64,000 nt of DNA from Paraglaciecola sp. (GTDB lineage: Bacteria; Pseudomonadota; Gammaproteobacteria; Enterobacterales; Alteromonadaceae), in the NCBI GenBank assembly GCA_046709505.1, contig JBKEFM010000002.1:4230-68229 (forward strand), in the 5' to 3' direction. Positions 24,411 to 34,496 of this stretch are shown here, in pieces. Numbering within the stretch: position 1 is the stretch's first letter; the number at the start of each line of letters is the position of its first letter. The notes below the pieces were generated by a model. The model had not been told where the DNA came from. It worked only from the letters and a program-made list of their open reading frames with translations, and did not search any database. Position numbers and translations under genes: made by a program.

Positions 24411-26579
24411 ATGGATGTATCTCGACTTTTAGAACAATTGAATGACAAGCAGCGCGATGCTGTAGCCTCCCCAGCAGCCGACATGCTAATCTTGGCAGGC
24501 GCTGGCAGCGGCAAAACCCGGGTGTTGGTGCATCGTATTGCCTGGCTAATGGACGTAGAAGGTGTTGCCCCATGGGGCATACTAGCCGTGACCTTTACCA
24601 ACAAAGCGGCCCGTGAAATGCGCGGCCGAATAGAACACCTCCAGGGTAGTGCTTTGAGCAGTATGTGGATTGGTACCTTTCATGGCATAGCCCACCGGTT
24701 GTTGCGCACCCATTATACCGAGGCCAAACTGCCACAAAATTTTCAGATATTGGACTCAGATGATCAACATCGTCTCGTACGCCGGGTCATTAAAAGTATG
24801 AATTTGGATGAAAAAAAGTGGGCTCCCAAGCAACTCCAATGGTACATCAACGGCAACAAGGATGAAGGTTTACGTGCCGAACACATTGACACCCATGGTG
24901 ACGGGAATCAACAAACTTTGCGGGATATTTATCACACCTATCAACAAACCTGCGATCGTGCCGGTCTGGTAGACTTTGCCGAATTACTGTTGCGTGCCCA
25001 TCAGTTGTGGGTGCAAAATCCAGCCTTATTACAACACTATCAACAGCGTTTTCGCGCCATACTGGTAGACGAATTCCAGGATACCAACAACATCCAGTAT
25101 GCCTGGTTACGCCTACTGGCAGCACCGAGCAATAACATGATCATTGTCGGTGACGACGACCAATCTATTTATGGCTGGCGGGGGGCGAATGTGCAGAATA
25201 TCCAGCATTTTTTACGGGATTATCCCCAGGCTAAAACCATTCGCTTGGAGCAAAACTATCGCTCTACCGGCAATATCCTCAAAGCCGCCAACGCTCTTAT
25301 TGATAACAATCAGGGCCGTCTGGGCAAAGAATTATGGACAGATGGAGCCGAAGGCGAAAAGATTTCACTCTATGCCGGTTTCAATGAATTAGATGAGGCG
25401 CGCTTTAGTGTATCCCGTATCAAAGACTGGCACAGTCAGGGTAATGACCTGAGTGATTGTGCCATCTTGTATCGCAACAATGCTCAATCCCGGGTGTTGG
25501 AAGAAGCCTTATTACAAGAGTCCGTTGCCTATCGTATTTATGGAGGCTTACGCTTCTTCGAACGTCAGGAAATACGCGATGCCCTGGGGTATTTACGTAT
25601 TATCAACCAACACATTGATGACGCCGCTTTTGAGCGTGTGGTCAACACCCCGTCCCGGGGTATTGGCAATCGGACTTTGGCACAAATCCGCGAGGTGGCC
25701 AAAGAAACCGAACAATCTATGTGGCAATCCTGCCTGCAATTGTTACGGGAAAAACGTCTTGCGGGTCGTGCGGCCAATGCCTTACAGGCCTTTATCGATT
25801 TAATTTTACAACTACAAAAGGACGTACTTGATCAACCCCTGGATATACAGGCAGATCATGTGATCAAACATTCAGGTCTGTATGCTATGTACCAGGCTGA
25901 AAAAGGCGAAAAAGCCCAAGCCCGTATCGAAAATCTGCAAGAGCTGGTGACGGCTTGTAAACAATATGTACCGCCAGAGGAAGCACTGGATATGCCACCT
26001 TTATCAGCCTTTTTAGCCCATGCCTCGTTGGAAGCGGGTGAAGCTCAGGCAGATAAAGATCAAGATGCGGTGCAGATGATGACTATTCACAGCGCTAAAG
26101 GCTTAGAATTTCCTCTGGTGATCCTCGCCGGTGTAGAAGAAGGCATGTTCCCCAGTCAAATGAGCAATGACGAGCCGGGTAAAATTGAAGAAGAACGCCG
26201 CCTTTGTTATGTGGGTATGACCCGCGCTATGGTGAAGCTGTATATCACCTATGCGGAGAACCGCAGAGTGTATGGCCAGGACAAATACCATACCCCATCG
26301 CGATTTATTAAGGAAATCCCCGGGGACTGTATTGAAGAAGTCCGCTTGCGCACTACTATTTCCCGTCCCGTGCAAAATCGATTCCAACCGGTTACGGCGC
26401 ATACTGCCTTTGAATCCACTGGTTTTAAACTCGGCGAACGGGTGTCACACCGCAAGTTTGGCGAAGGCACTGTGCTAAATTATGAAGGCAGTGGCGAACA
26501 CGCCAGAGTACAGGTGAATTTTGAGGAGCTGGGCAGTAAGTGGCTGGTATTGTCTTTTGCTAAACTGAACAAATTGTAA
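24411..26579 (+). CDS. uvrD: DNA helicase II
   Basis: AGAGSGKT, DEFQD, GDDDQSIYGWRGA, LEQNYRS and EEERRLCYVGMTRA; 722 aa. Confidence 0.97.
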   Translation: MDVSRLLEQLNDKQRDAVASPAADMLILAGAGSGKTRVLVHRIAWLMDVEGVAPWGILAVTFTNKAAREMRGRIEHLQGSALSSMWIGTFHGIAHRLLRTHYTEAKLPQNFQILDSDDQHRLVRRVIKSMNLDEKKWAPKQLQWYINGNKDEGLRAEHIDTHGDGNQQTLRDIYHTYQQTCDRAGLVDFAELLLRAHQLWVQNPALLQHYQQRFRAILVDEFQDTNNIQYAWLRLLAAPSNNMIIVGDDDQSIYGWRGANVQNIQHFLRDYPQAKTIRLEQNYRSTGNILKAANALIDNNQGRLGKELWTDGAEGEKISLYAGFNELDEARFSVSRIKDWHSQGNDLSDCAILYRNNAQSRVLEEALLQESVAYRIYGGLRFFERQEIRDALGYLRIINQHIDDAAFERVVNTPSRGIGNRTLAQIREVAKETEQSMWQSCLQLLREKRLAGRAANALQAFIDLILQLQKDVLDQPLDIQADHVIKHSGLYAMYQAEKGEKAQARIENLQELVTACKQYVPPEEALDMPPLSAFLAHASLEAGEAQADKDQDAVQMMTIHSAKGLEFPLVILAGVEEGMFPSQMSNDEPGKIEEERRLCYVGMTRAMVKLYITYAENRRVYGQDKYHTPSRFIKEIPGDCIEEVRLRTTISRPVQNRFQPVTAHTAFESTGFKLGERVSHRKFGEGTVLNYEGSGEHARVQVNFEELGSKWLVLSFAKLNKL

Positions 26580-26607
26580 TATTAACGTTATGGCCAGACT
26601 TAAATAA

Positions 26608-26850
26608 TACCATTCCTTCTTGATATGTGATCAACTCAGAAGGTACTGGCAAGTTTCATAGCAAAGCGTAACGTCGAAGGAACGCGGGTTGCCTTCATAG
26701 ACGTTATAATGCAGCTAGGGAGCTTGCCAGTCCTTCCCGAAGGGCGATGCTAAATTTGCTTCCGCTATATCAGTAGAGTGGGAAAATTCACACCCCTGTT
26801 AAGCAAATATGATCGATCGCTGAGTAAGTAGATATTAAGGTGGATTGGTA
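26608..26850 (-). mobile_element. MITE-like structured repeat, copy 3 (243 bp, inverted)
   Basis: Reverse complement of copies 1 and 2, flanked by perfect TAA direct repeats (26605-26607 and 26851-26853). Confidence 0.92.
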
Positions 26851-27126
26851 TAATTATAGGTTTCGGGAAATCGTTAAATGAGTTGCCAAGTATTTTAAGA
26901 CTTTATAAGTAAAAAATTAAAATCACCCGCAGTGCCATGGGTCAATATCAATTTAACATTGAAACGATAGAAGGAAAGCGGATTAAAACTGACCACCACT
27001 ATAAATGTAGTGGTGGCGTTGAATCGTTAAATGAAGTGCTTTCACATCTAGAAAATGTTCAATTATATAGCTAGTGACTAAAAATACGTTTTGTGTGCCG
27101 CTAAAATAATGATCGTAATCCGGTAG

Positions 27127-28032
27127 TTATTGACCAAGGGCTGCCAATTTTCGTGCCTTGTGGTAATGGCGCAATGAATCGTAGCTAAATATACCCAGTG
27201 CCAGCCATACAAATCCAAACATCACCAAGGTGGTATCATCCAAGGGCTCGGCGTACACCAGGGTAGCTAGCCCGAACATGATACTTGGGCCTATGTACTG
27301 GAAAAAACCCAGGGTTGAATACATGATGCGTCTGGCCGCGGCTGTAAAACACAGCAAGGGTGCCGTGGTGACTATTCCGGCACAGATCAGCGTGACGTTC
27401 AGGGCGGTGTCATTGGTCGCCATGTTACTCATCTGCCCGGCGAAGAAGATCCAATAAATAAGCGCCGCAGGTAACATCATAGTGCTTTCAATCAACAAAC
27501 CAGGTAGGGAGTCCACCGCAACTTGTTTGCGCAGTAAACCATATACGCCAAAAGACGCAGCCAATGTCAGCGCCACCCAAGGTACATGACCATAGGAAAA
27601 GAAGAAAATCACCACACCAGACAACACTAATCCGACCGCCAGTCGCTGCAGATTACGCAGCCGTTCACCTAAAAATACCCGGCCTAGAAACACATTTAGC
27701 AACGGATTGATATAATATCCTAGGCTCGCATCTAACAGGTGACCATTGTTGATAGCCCATATAAATATAAACCAGTTGCCTGCCAGTAATAAGCCCGAGA
27801 CCAGTAATAATTTCACTACTTTAGGGGTTTTCAGAGCAGCTTTGACCTTGGGAAAATGGCCGGTTACCGTCACCAGTATGCATAACAATAAAACTGACCA
27901 GACGATGCGATGCAGCAGAATTTCAATCGCAGGAACGCCCTCCAGCAACTTAAAATAAAGCGGCGCAAACCCCCACATCGAGTAAGCGGCGATGGCAAAT
28001 AACGCACCTGATTTAGCTGATTTATCGTACAT
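27127..28032 (-). CDS. rarD: EamA-family transporter RarD
   Basis: ASLGYYINPL, SFGVYGLLRK and GFFQYIGP. Confidence 0.93.
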   Translation of the reverse strand: MYDKSAKSGALFAIAAYSMWGFAPLYFKLLEGVPAIEILLHRIVWSVLLLCILVTVTGHFPKVKAALKTPKVVKLLLVSGLLLAGNWFIFIWAINNGHLLDASLGYYINPLLNVFLGRVFLGERLRNLQRLAVGLVLSGVVIFFFSYGHVPWVALTLAASFGVYGLLRKQVAVDSLPGLLIESTMMLPAALIYWIFFAGQMSNMATNDTALNVTLICAGIVTTAPLLCFTAAARRIMYSTLGFFQYIGPSIMFGLATLVYAEPLDDTTLVMFGFVWLALGIFSYDSLRHYHKARKLAALGQ

Positions 28033-28380
28033 GTTCTATACTACTCCTTGTTTAATGCGCGGCAGTGTGAATTAAGCACCTTAGAAAAGCAATCTCCAAC
28101 GTTTCCCGTTCCATACTAAATGGTTATGACAATTATCCGATCTGATTTGATTGATCACCAGCATTAATGTTGCAACCCTTAGCGCAAGGACAGGAAGAAC
28201 CGGGATCCAAAGTAGGGAACTTATATTTGATGGCAGATAAAAAGTGACGAGTTAAATCTTAGAAGGAATATGCAACTATTAAAGTGGCAAAATACAATCC
28301 ACACCCGTGCTCATTGTTAACGTGAGCGATACAGACTTATGAATAACCCTTCAGAATATCTTGAAGGGCTGTTACGTTAG

Positions 28381-29628
28381 TTACGCACGAATTTGGCCTG
28401 TGCCGCTAACTAGGTATTTTTCGGTGGTCAGTGATTCCAGCCCCATCGGTCCATAAGCATGTAGTTTAGAGGTGGCGATACCAATTTCCGCTCCCAGACC
28501 AAGCTCGCTACCGTCAGAAAAACGTGATGAGGCATTAACCATAACCACTGATGAATCGACACTACGCTGAAAACGCCGGGCATTGAGCTCGTTTTTGGTA
28601 CAGATAACTTCAGTATGATGACTACCAAAACGAACAATATGAGCTAATGCACCATCCATATCATCCACCAGACGCACCGCAATTTCTAAATCGAGATACT
28701 CTTGGCCAAAATCACTATCTGCCAATATATTCGCATGCTCGAAATACTTGGCAGCGTTTGCACTGGCATTAATCTTAACCTTGGCACCTTTTAATGCAGC
28801 AGCGGCCAGAGACAGAAAATCCTCAGCTATGTCTTTATGTACCAACAAACCTTCGGTAGCATTACACACGCCTGTGCGGTGTGTTTTACCGTTGATCAAC
28901 AGATTAAGGGCTGTGGTCAGATCGGCGTCTTTATCTATATATAAATGGCACACCCCTTTGAAATGTTGGATCACAGGGATTTTACTGTTGTCTGTTACAA
29001 AGTTGATTAAGCCTTCGCCACCACGGGGAATAATGACATCGATGTAATCTCTTTGCTGCATCAGCTCCATCATCAATTCTCGATCGGGATCAGGCACCAC
29101 CGTGATTAATTCAGGTGGCAATTTATGATTGAGTAATACCTGCTGGAGCACCCCAGCGATGACTTTACTGGTGGCCAAAGCTTCTTTACCACCACGGAGA
29201 ATAACGGCATTTCCTGATTTAAAACACAATGCCCCGGCATCTGCGGTAACATTGGGCCGCGCTTCGAAAATCATGCATACAACACCTAAGGGAATACGCA
29301 TTTTACTGATTTTTAACCCATTAGGCCGTTCGCCTATAATGCGCTCTTTACCAACTGGGTCAGGCAATGACACTATGGTTTCAATCCCCTGGGCCATACT
29401 TTCGATACGCTCTTTATTGAGCGTCAGCCTGTCAAGCATGGCATCACCCAATTGATGGTTCCGTGCATCACCGAGATCCTGCTCGTTAGCGGCCAATATA
29501 GTGTGGCTTTGGGCACGCAAGGCACCTGCCATTTCCTGGAGAACTTTATCTTTAGTGGCTTCATCAAGAACAGCTAAAATATGTGCTGCTTGTGCAGCTT
29601 TACTAGCTAATTCAGTAATTAAGCTCAT
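28381..29628 (-). CDS. proA: Glutamate-5-semialdehyde dehydrogenase
   Basis: FEARPNVT, IIPRGGEGLI, VCNATE, NASSRFSDG and KLHAYGPMGL. Confidence 0.96.
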   Translation of the reverse strand: MSLITELASKAAQAAHILAVLDEATKDKVLQEMAGALRAQSHTILAANEQDLGDARNHQLGDAMLDRLTLNKERIESMAQGIETIVSLPDPVGKERIIGERPNGLKISKMRIPLGVVCMIFEARPNVTADAGALCFKSGNAVILRGGKEALATSKVIAGVLQQVLLNHKLPPELITVVPDPDRELMMELMQQRDYIDVIIPRGGEGLINFVTDNSKIPVIQHFKGVCHLYIDKDADLTTALNLLINGKTHRTGVCNATEGLLVHKDIAEDFLSLAAAALKGAKVKINASANAAKYFEHANILADSDFGQEYLDLEIAVRLVDDMDGALAHIVRFGSHHTEVICTKNELNARRFQRSVDSSVVMVNASSRFSDGSELGLGAEIGIATSKLHAYGPMGLESLTTEKYLVSGTGQIRA

Positions 29629-30731
29629 TTTTTCTCCAGTACTGCTATATGTTTTTCGGAAATAATCGGTCCGGTTTTACTTTGAAATTCTCCAGCAAAT
29701 TTGCGATCACTTTGTTCGGTAATAAAATTCAACAGACAACTGCTGTAGTTGGATTTAGCCTTAGCTAAACGGGTTCCGTCGCCTTTACGGACCAAAATGG
29801 TGTCCCCCACAGAAAAATCACCATTAACCTCGATGATCTCATCGCTGGTAAATTGTGCACTTTCAAGGGCTAATGAAGTATCAAAGTCATTTTCAACTAC
29901 CAGCTCACCTTGCTCTTTAGAAGTATGCGTCATCCAGTGCAAATGCTCTTTCATAGGTTTGGCATAAGGTATGAAGTGAGTGCCCGGATTTTCACCTTCA
30001 AGCAAGTCATGAAAAGATGATGCTTTAAAGCCGTTGACGATATAGGTATCAATGCCGTGGGAAGTCGCCTTTTCTGCGGCTTCGATTTTAGTTTTCATGC
30101 CCCCGGTCCCGACTGCACTTGTAGCATCGCCACCCATCGCATATATTCTACTGTCTATAGTAGTGACTTTAGGCAACAGTATCGCGTCATCGTGAACATT
30201 GGGGTTTTTATCATAAAGCCCGTCCACATCGGAACAGATAATCAACGCATCAGCATCCGCAGCGGCAGCCACCATAGCTGACAAGTTATCATTGTCACCC
30301 ACCTTTAAATCATCCGTCGTAACGGTATCGTTCTCATTAATGACGGGTAAAACACCATGTTCCAAAAGGGTCTCGATAGTATCTCTGATACTGACATAAC
30401 GCTCCCGGTCCGTTAGATCGCCATGGGTGAGCAGAATTTGTCCGGTAGGGAAATCAAATAACTTATCCCACGTTGCCATCATTTCAGTTTGCCCGGCCGC
30501 GGCCATGGCTTTTTTAATGGCAATAGTCATTTCCAACGTGTCTGGAAAAAAGTTGGATCCCGCAGCAACTGAGCCCGAGGATACCAGTACAACTTGAGCC
30601 CCATTGGTGCGACACCGTACAATAAATTGCGCGATGCTTAAAAGATAGTGGCTACTACAGCCGTTTTGATGTGGTGCTATGAGTGCGCTACCAACTTTAA
30701 TGACTACGCGCTTCCAATTATGTTTATTCAT
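29625..30731 (-). CDS. proB: Glutamate 5-kinase
   Basis: VIKVGS, VSSG, INEND, GDNDNLSA and GTGGMKTK; divergent C-terminal PUA-like region. Confidence 0.95.
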   Translation of the reverse strand: MNKHNWKRVVIKVGSALIAPHQNGCSSHYLLSIAQFIVRCRTNGAQVVLVSSGSVAAGSNFFPDTLEMTIAIKKAMAAAGQTEMMATWDKLFDFPTGQILLTHGDLTDRERYVSIRDTIETLLEHGVLPVINENDTVTTDDLKVGDNDNLSAMVAAAADADALIICSDVDGLYDKNPNVHDDAILLPKVTTIDSRIYAMGGDATSAVGTGGMKTKIEAAEKATSHGIDTYIVNGFKASSFHDLLEGENPGTHFIPYAKPMKEHLHWMTHTSKEQGELVVENDFDTSLALESAQFTSDEIIEVNGDFSVGDTILVRKGDGTRLAKAKSNYSSCLLNFITEQSDRKFAGEFQSKTGPIISEKHIAVLEKK

Positions 30732-30781
30732 TTCTAACTCCTATGATTCAGGGTTATTCGGCCAAAACGTGATCGGTTTTT

Positions 30782-31326
30782 TCAAACATCGCATTTATGG
30801 GGAAAATTGGGTTGTCGAGCAAAGCTGCTGACTAGCCAAATGGCTAGGCTGCTGACGATAAACCCGGATATTGTTTCTTGGACCCGGCTACTTGGTGTTT
30901 GCCCATCCGCTAAAACGAGTGGATAAGTCCATAGTGAAACTGTATTGGCAGCGGGAAATATTTCGGCTACGTTGTGAGTTAAATTAACGTTATTCAAACT
31001 ACAGTGCCCCCGCAGATAGAGCGGTGTATTGCTCACTGGTATGTTTGCCGCCCGATATATAACCGGACATATCATTCGCACAAAGGCGATAAAAAGACGT
31101 GCCTGCACCTGCAATGGCGATAACATAGACCGCTAAGGAAATATAACTCATGTTAAACAATCTAGAGGCTGGTGGGTGCGTGGCCTGGGGTGTTGACTTT
31201 TCCGTCAACTAAAACTATCAAGGAAGCTGTAGCAAGGAACTTGAAACTTATAAATCGTAGGGTATTTTTAATAACTTCCTTGGCAGGTTTTATAAGCATC
31301 TTGCCGATCGCTAAAAGCGTTTTCAT
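30782..31326 (-). pseudogene. Decayed remnant of a probable exported or outer-membrane protein gene upstream of proB
   Basis: GGAG RBS plus ATG at 31326 with an early stop. Overlapping short ORF fragments in three frames include a signal-peptide-like stretch, LFNMSYISLAVYVIAIAGAG. Confidence 0.35.
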
Positions 31327-31355
31327 TGTGTCTCCGTAAAAGAATTAATAGTCAC

Positions 31356-31389
31356 TACACTAATGATTTCACTTTAATTAATTAGTGTA
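31356..31389. promoter_or_regulatory. Inverted repeat, candidate MarR (CosR/EctR-type) operator
   Basis: tacactaat-N16-attagtgta, a perfect 9-bp inverted repeat in the divergent promoter region. Confidence 0.5.
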
Positions 31390-31590
31390 CGAACGGTATT
31401 ATGCTTAAATTCCGTGCAAAGATCAAGTTTGACCTGATATATATCGGTATGTCTCAACATATTAGAGCCTGATGCACCTTTTCATCTAGGAATATAAAGC
31501 GCTGCAAAGATAGCGACTAACGTGCTTTATGTTGCAATCATGTAGAAATTTGATAGGGTTTCGCATTTTTCACCGTAGGAATGAATAGTT

Positions 31591-32064
31591 ATGAAAAAGT
31601 ATGATGAATTACTTGTTTCCTTGAGACGGGTGATACGTGCGATTGATCTTTATTCTAAGAAATTAAGCAAAGAAACCGGATTGACTAGTCCACAATTGAT
31701 TGTCATGCAGGAAATCGCCGCCAACACAGACGTTATGGTCAAGCATATTGCCGAAAATATTAATCTTAGTCCCGCTACCGTCACCAGTATACTGGATCGT
31801 TTGGAGTCCAGGGGTTACGTTATACGCCAGCGGTACACTATAGATAAACGTAAAGTAGGATTAAAACTCACCACAGCGGGTTTTGAAGCCTTAAAAGACG
31901 CCCCCACCCTGCTCCAAGAGCACTTTATCAAACGCTTTGAATCTCTGGAAGAATGGGAGCAAACTCAGTTGATATCCACCATGCAAAGGATCGCAAAAAT
32001 GATGGATGCTGATGCGCTAGATGCCGCGCCTTTACTACAGGTAGGACAAATATACGACAAGTAG
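31591..32064 (+). CDS. MarR-family regulator, CosR/EctR-like
   Basis: LRRVIRAIDLYSKKLSKETGLTSPQL, LSPATVTSILDRLE, DKR and C-terminal DAAPLL, typical of the EctR/CosR subgroup. Confidence 0.85.
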   Translation: MKKYDELLVSLRRVIRAIDLYSKKLSKETGLTSPQLIVMQEIAANTDVMVKHIAENINLSPATVTSILDRLESRGYVIRQRYTIDKRKVGLKLTTAGFEALKDAPTLLQEHFIKRFESLEEWEQTQLISTMQRIAKMMDADALDAAPLLQVGQIYDK

Positions 32065-33213
32065 CCTGGCGACATAGTTTGCTAAGGACGGGTCTAATCT
32101 GTTTGCTCAGCTCAGCTCAATATTCAGTATGCTATTGGCTAATCGGTAACACGAGAACACTTAACTTTCCCTTCTGGTATGTTGATAAAAATGGTAACGC
32201 CTGGTGTAGTTACCAGAAAAAATAGCCATTACTGTTAGCCAATTTCACCTTAAAATTGCTCCATTATATTTAGTCATTTCAAATAACAATATAAATCCAT
32301 AGTGTAATTTCGGTTTAGGTCAATATTAAAAATCAATGACGGTTTACTCATGTGTTAAGTCTACCGTGAAGTCCCCAAACATAAAAATTCTTCATCTACT
32401 GGATCACCGCAAGTATTCCCCTTTGTCAGATTTTGTTAATCAGGAAGATTTAAGTTTAACTTTCTTGTTAAAACACTTTGAGAAATAGACCGTTGTCGTC
32501 TTATAAGCTATTTTTATTTTTACCTGGGCACGTGCTAATTGTTATCTGTTTAATGTTGTCATCCCCTTGTAGCACCAATAAAACCGGTTTATGAATAAAT
32601 TTTCGCCAGATAGTTAATAGCAAACAGGTCCTAAGCTTATTATTTATCCGCTCCCATGGTAAACAAAGCATAGAACCGGCTGCTGTCAGCTATGCCGTAA
32701 CCGCCTCCCTTTTACAAGTGATAAGGGACAACCTCCAGGCTTTATTAACCGGCCTATATTTGCATTAAATGATAAATGGTTTGAATACGTCTTAATTCTT
32801 TTCAGTAAGGGCTACACAGCTGTGGTTGCTAATCCGATTAGACAAAGGAAACCTAACTTTTAACAATATTCGCACACCATTTAATGGTCTAAATCAATTT
32901 ATAAAGGAGCAAGCTCAAACCAATATTATAAATAATACTGATCTGGTCTCTTTTTTATCAATTTTTCTGTCGACATTTTAGGCATTTGTCCCCCGCTACG
33001 ACTTGGTTTGGTATCGATTACCCGTTATTTATAGATTTGCTGATAAACGCCAAGCAAGCTCCGGAGATCCTGTTCAATAAAAATACATAATTAGGGCTAA
33101 AGGAGGATCAGATCATGCCTATTCAGCACATGATCCTTAACAGCGAATTAACTAGGAAGATAAAGATCAGTTAACGGGTTTGATAAAATAAAGTACGTAA
33201 AGCTTAAGGACGA

Positions 33214-34121
33214 TTAAGTAAAAATAAAGGCAAAATAAATGTGAAGAATTTCACGCAGCACTTTGCTCTCGGCTAACTCATCTAGGGTGCGGTTAGTTGC
33301 CGAGATGATTCGGCAATCAACCTGTATATCTTTGATCGCCCCCACTCGGGTGACGCGTTTACTTTCAAGTACCCGCAACAAATTAGGTTGCATCTCCAGG
33401 GGCATTTCAGTAATTTCGTCCAGAAATAAGGTGCCGCCATTAGCCTGTTCAAAAACGCCGGGGTTGCGTCCTGCTGTACCTGTAAACGCCCCTTTTTCGT
33501 GGCCGAACAACTCACTGCCTATTAGCGCACGGGAGAATGCTCCACAATTTGTCACCACCAACGGCCCTACGAAAAGGCTGGCGGCATGAATGGCTTGAGC
33601 CACGACCTCTTTACCCACACCGCTTTCACCCATTAACATCACGTTGGCATTACTTTCCCCACCCGGCTAATCATTCCGTATAATTCTTGCATCGGTTTTG
33701 ACTCGCCAACCAAACAATCAAAATGCTTTTTAATTACGGAGCTGCTAGCTCGTTTGCTAACTTTGGATTTACCGCTTAGCACCTGCTCTAGCTCTTCCCG
33801 TTGCAAGGGCTTAACCAGATAATTAACCTTGGGACCGCACATGCCGGCAATAATATTTTTCACTGCTGGATGACCGGTAATTAATGTTACAAAAGGCACT
33901 TTTTCAGATTTATTTAATTTGTCGATAAGATGTAAAGCGCTGCCATCGGGCAGCATAAAATCGAGCAGAATGTGATCAAAATCTTGTTCCGCAAGACACT
34001 TATAAGCATCTTCTAGGCTGTTGGCTACTTCGACATCATGGTCAAGAAATTCGATGATACTGCGGGCTACGTCCGTAAATTCAATGTCATCATCGACGAG
34101 TAAAACTTGAGACACGTGCAT
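33214..34121 (-). pseudogene. Sigma54-dependent response regulator (NtrC-like) pseudogene
   Basis: Receiver domain (LLVDDD, LLDFMLPDG), then a 1-nt frameshift near 33653, then GESGVGKE, ELFGHEKGAFTG and GGTLFLDEI. Truncated before the end of the AAA+ domain; no HTH. Confidence 0.85.
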
Positions 34122-34496
34122 TCCTTTTGGTAAAAAAACTGACTGATTACTCAGTTTCATGGTGATTTTCAATTCATGTCCAATATTTGACCTGGCAACA
34201 ATCGAATCCAAATCATCGACAATATACCCAAACCGACATCAGATACTTAGTTACAAGGTAACAGATAAAAAATTTCATAAAAATAAGGTGTCACAAAAAT
34301 CCCAGCCCATTTCCCATGATGTGAGTGAGATAAAACTAGTCATAAAAAACGTATGTGTTTCTCTCCCATTCGTTAAGCATGCCCGTTCTTTAGTTTAAAA
34401 GACCCCAAAAGTTCCACTGCAGCTCACAAAGCGAACAAAAAAACCATTAACCTGACGCACTGCTTTGAGCGCTATAAGTACTATGACAAGTGCCAA

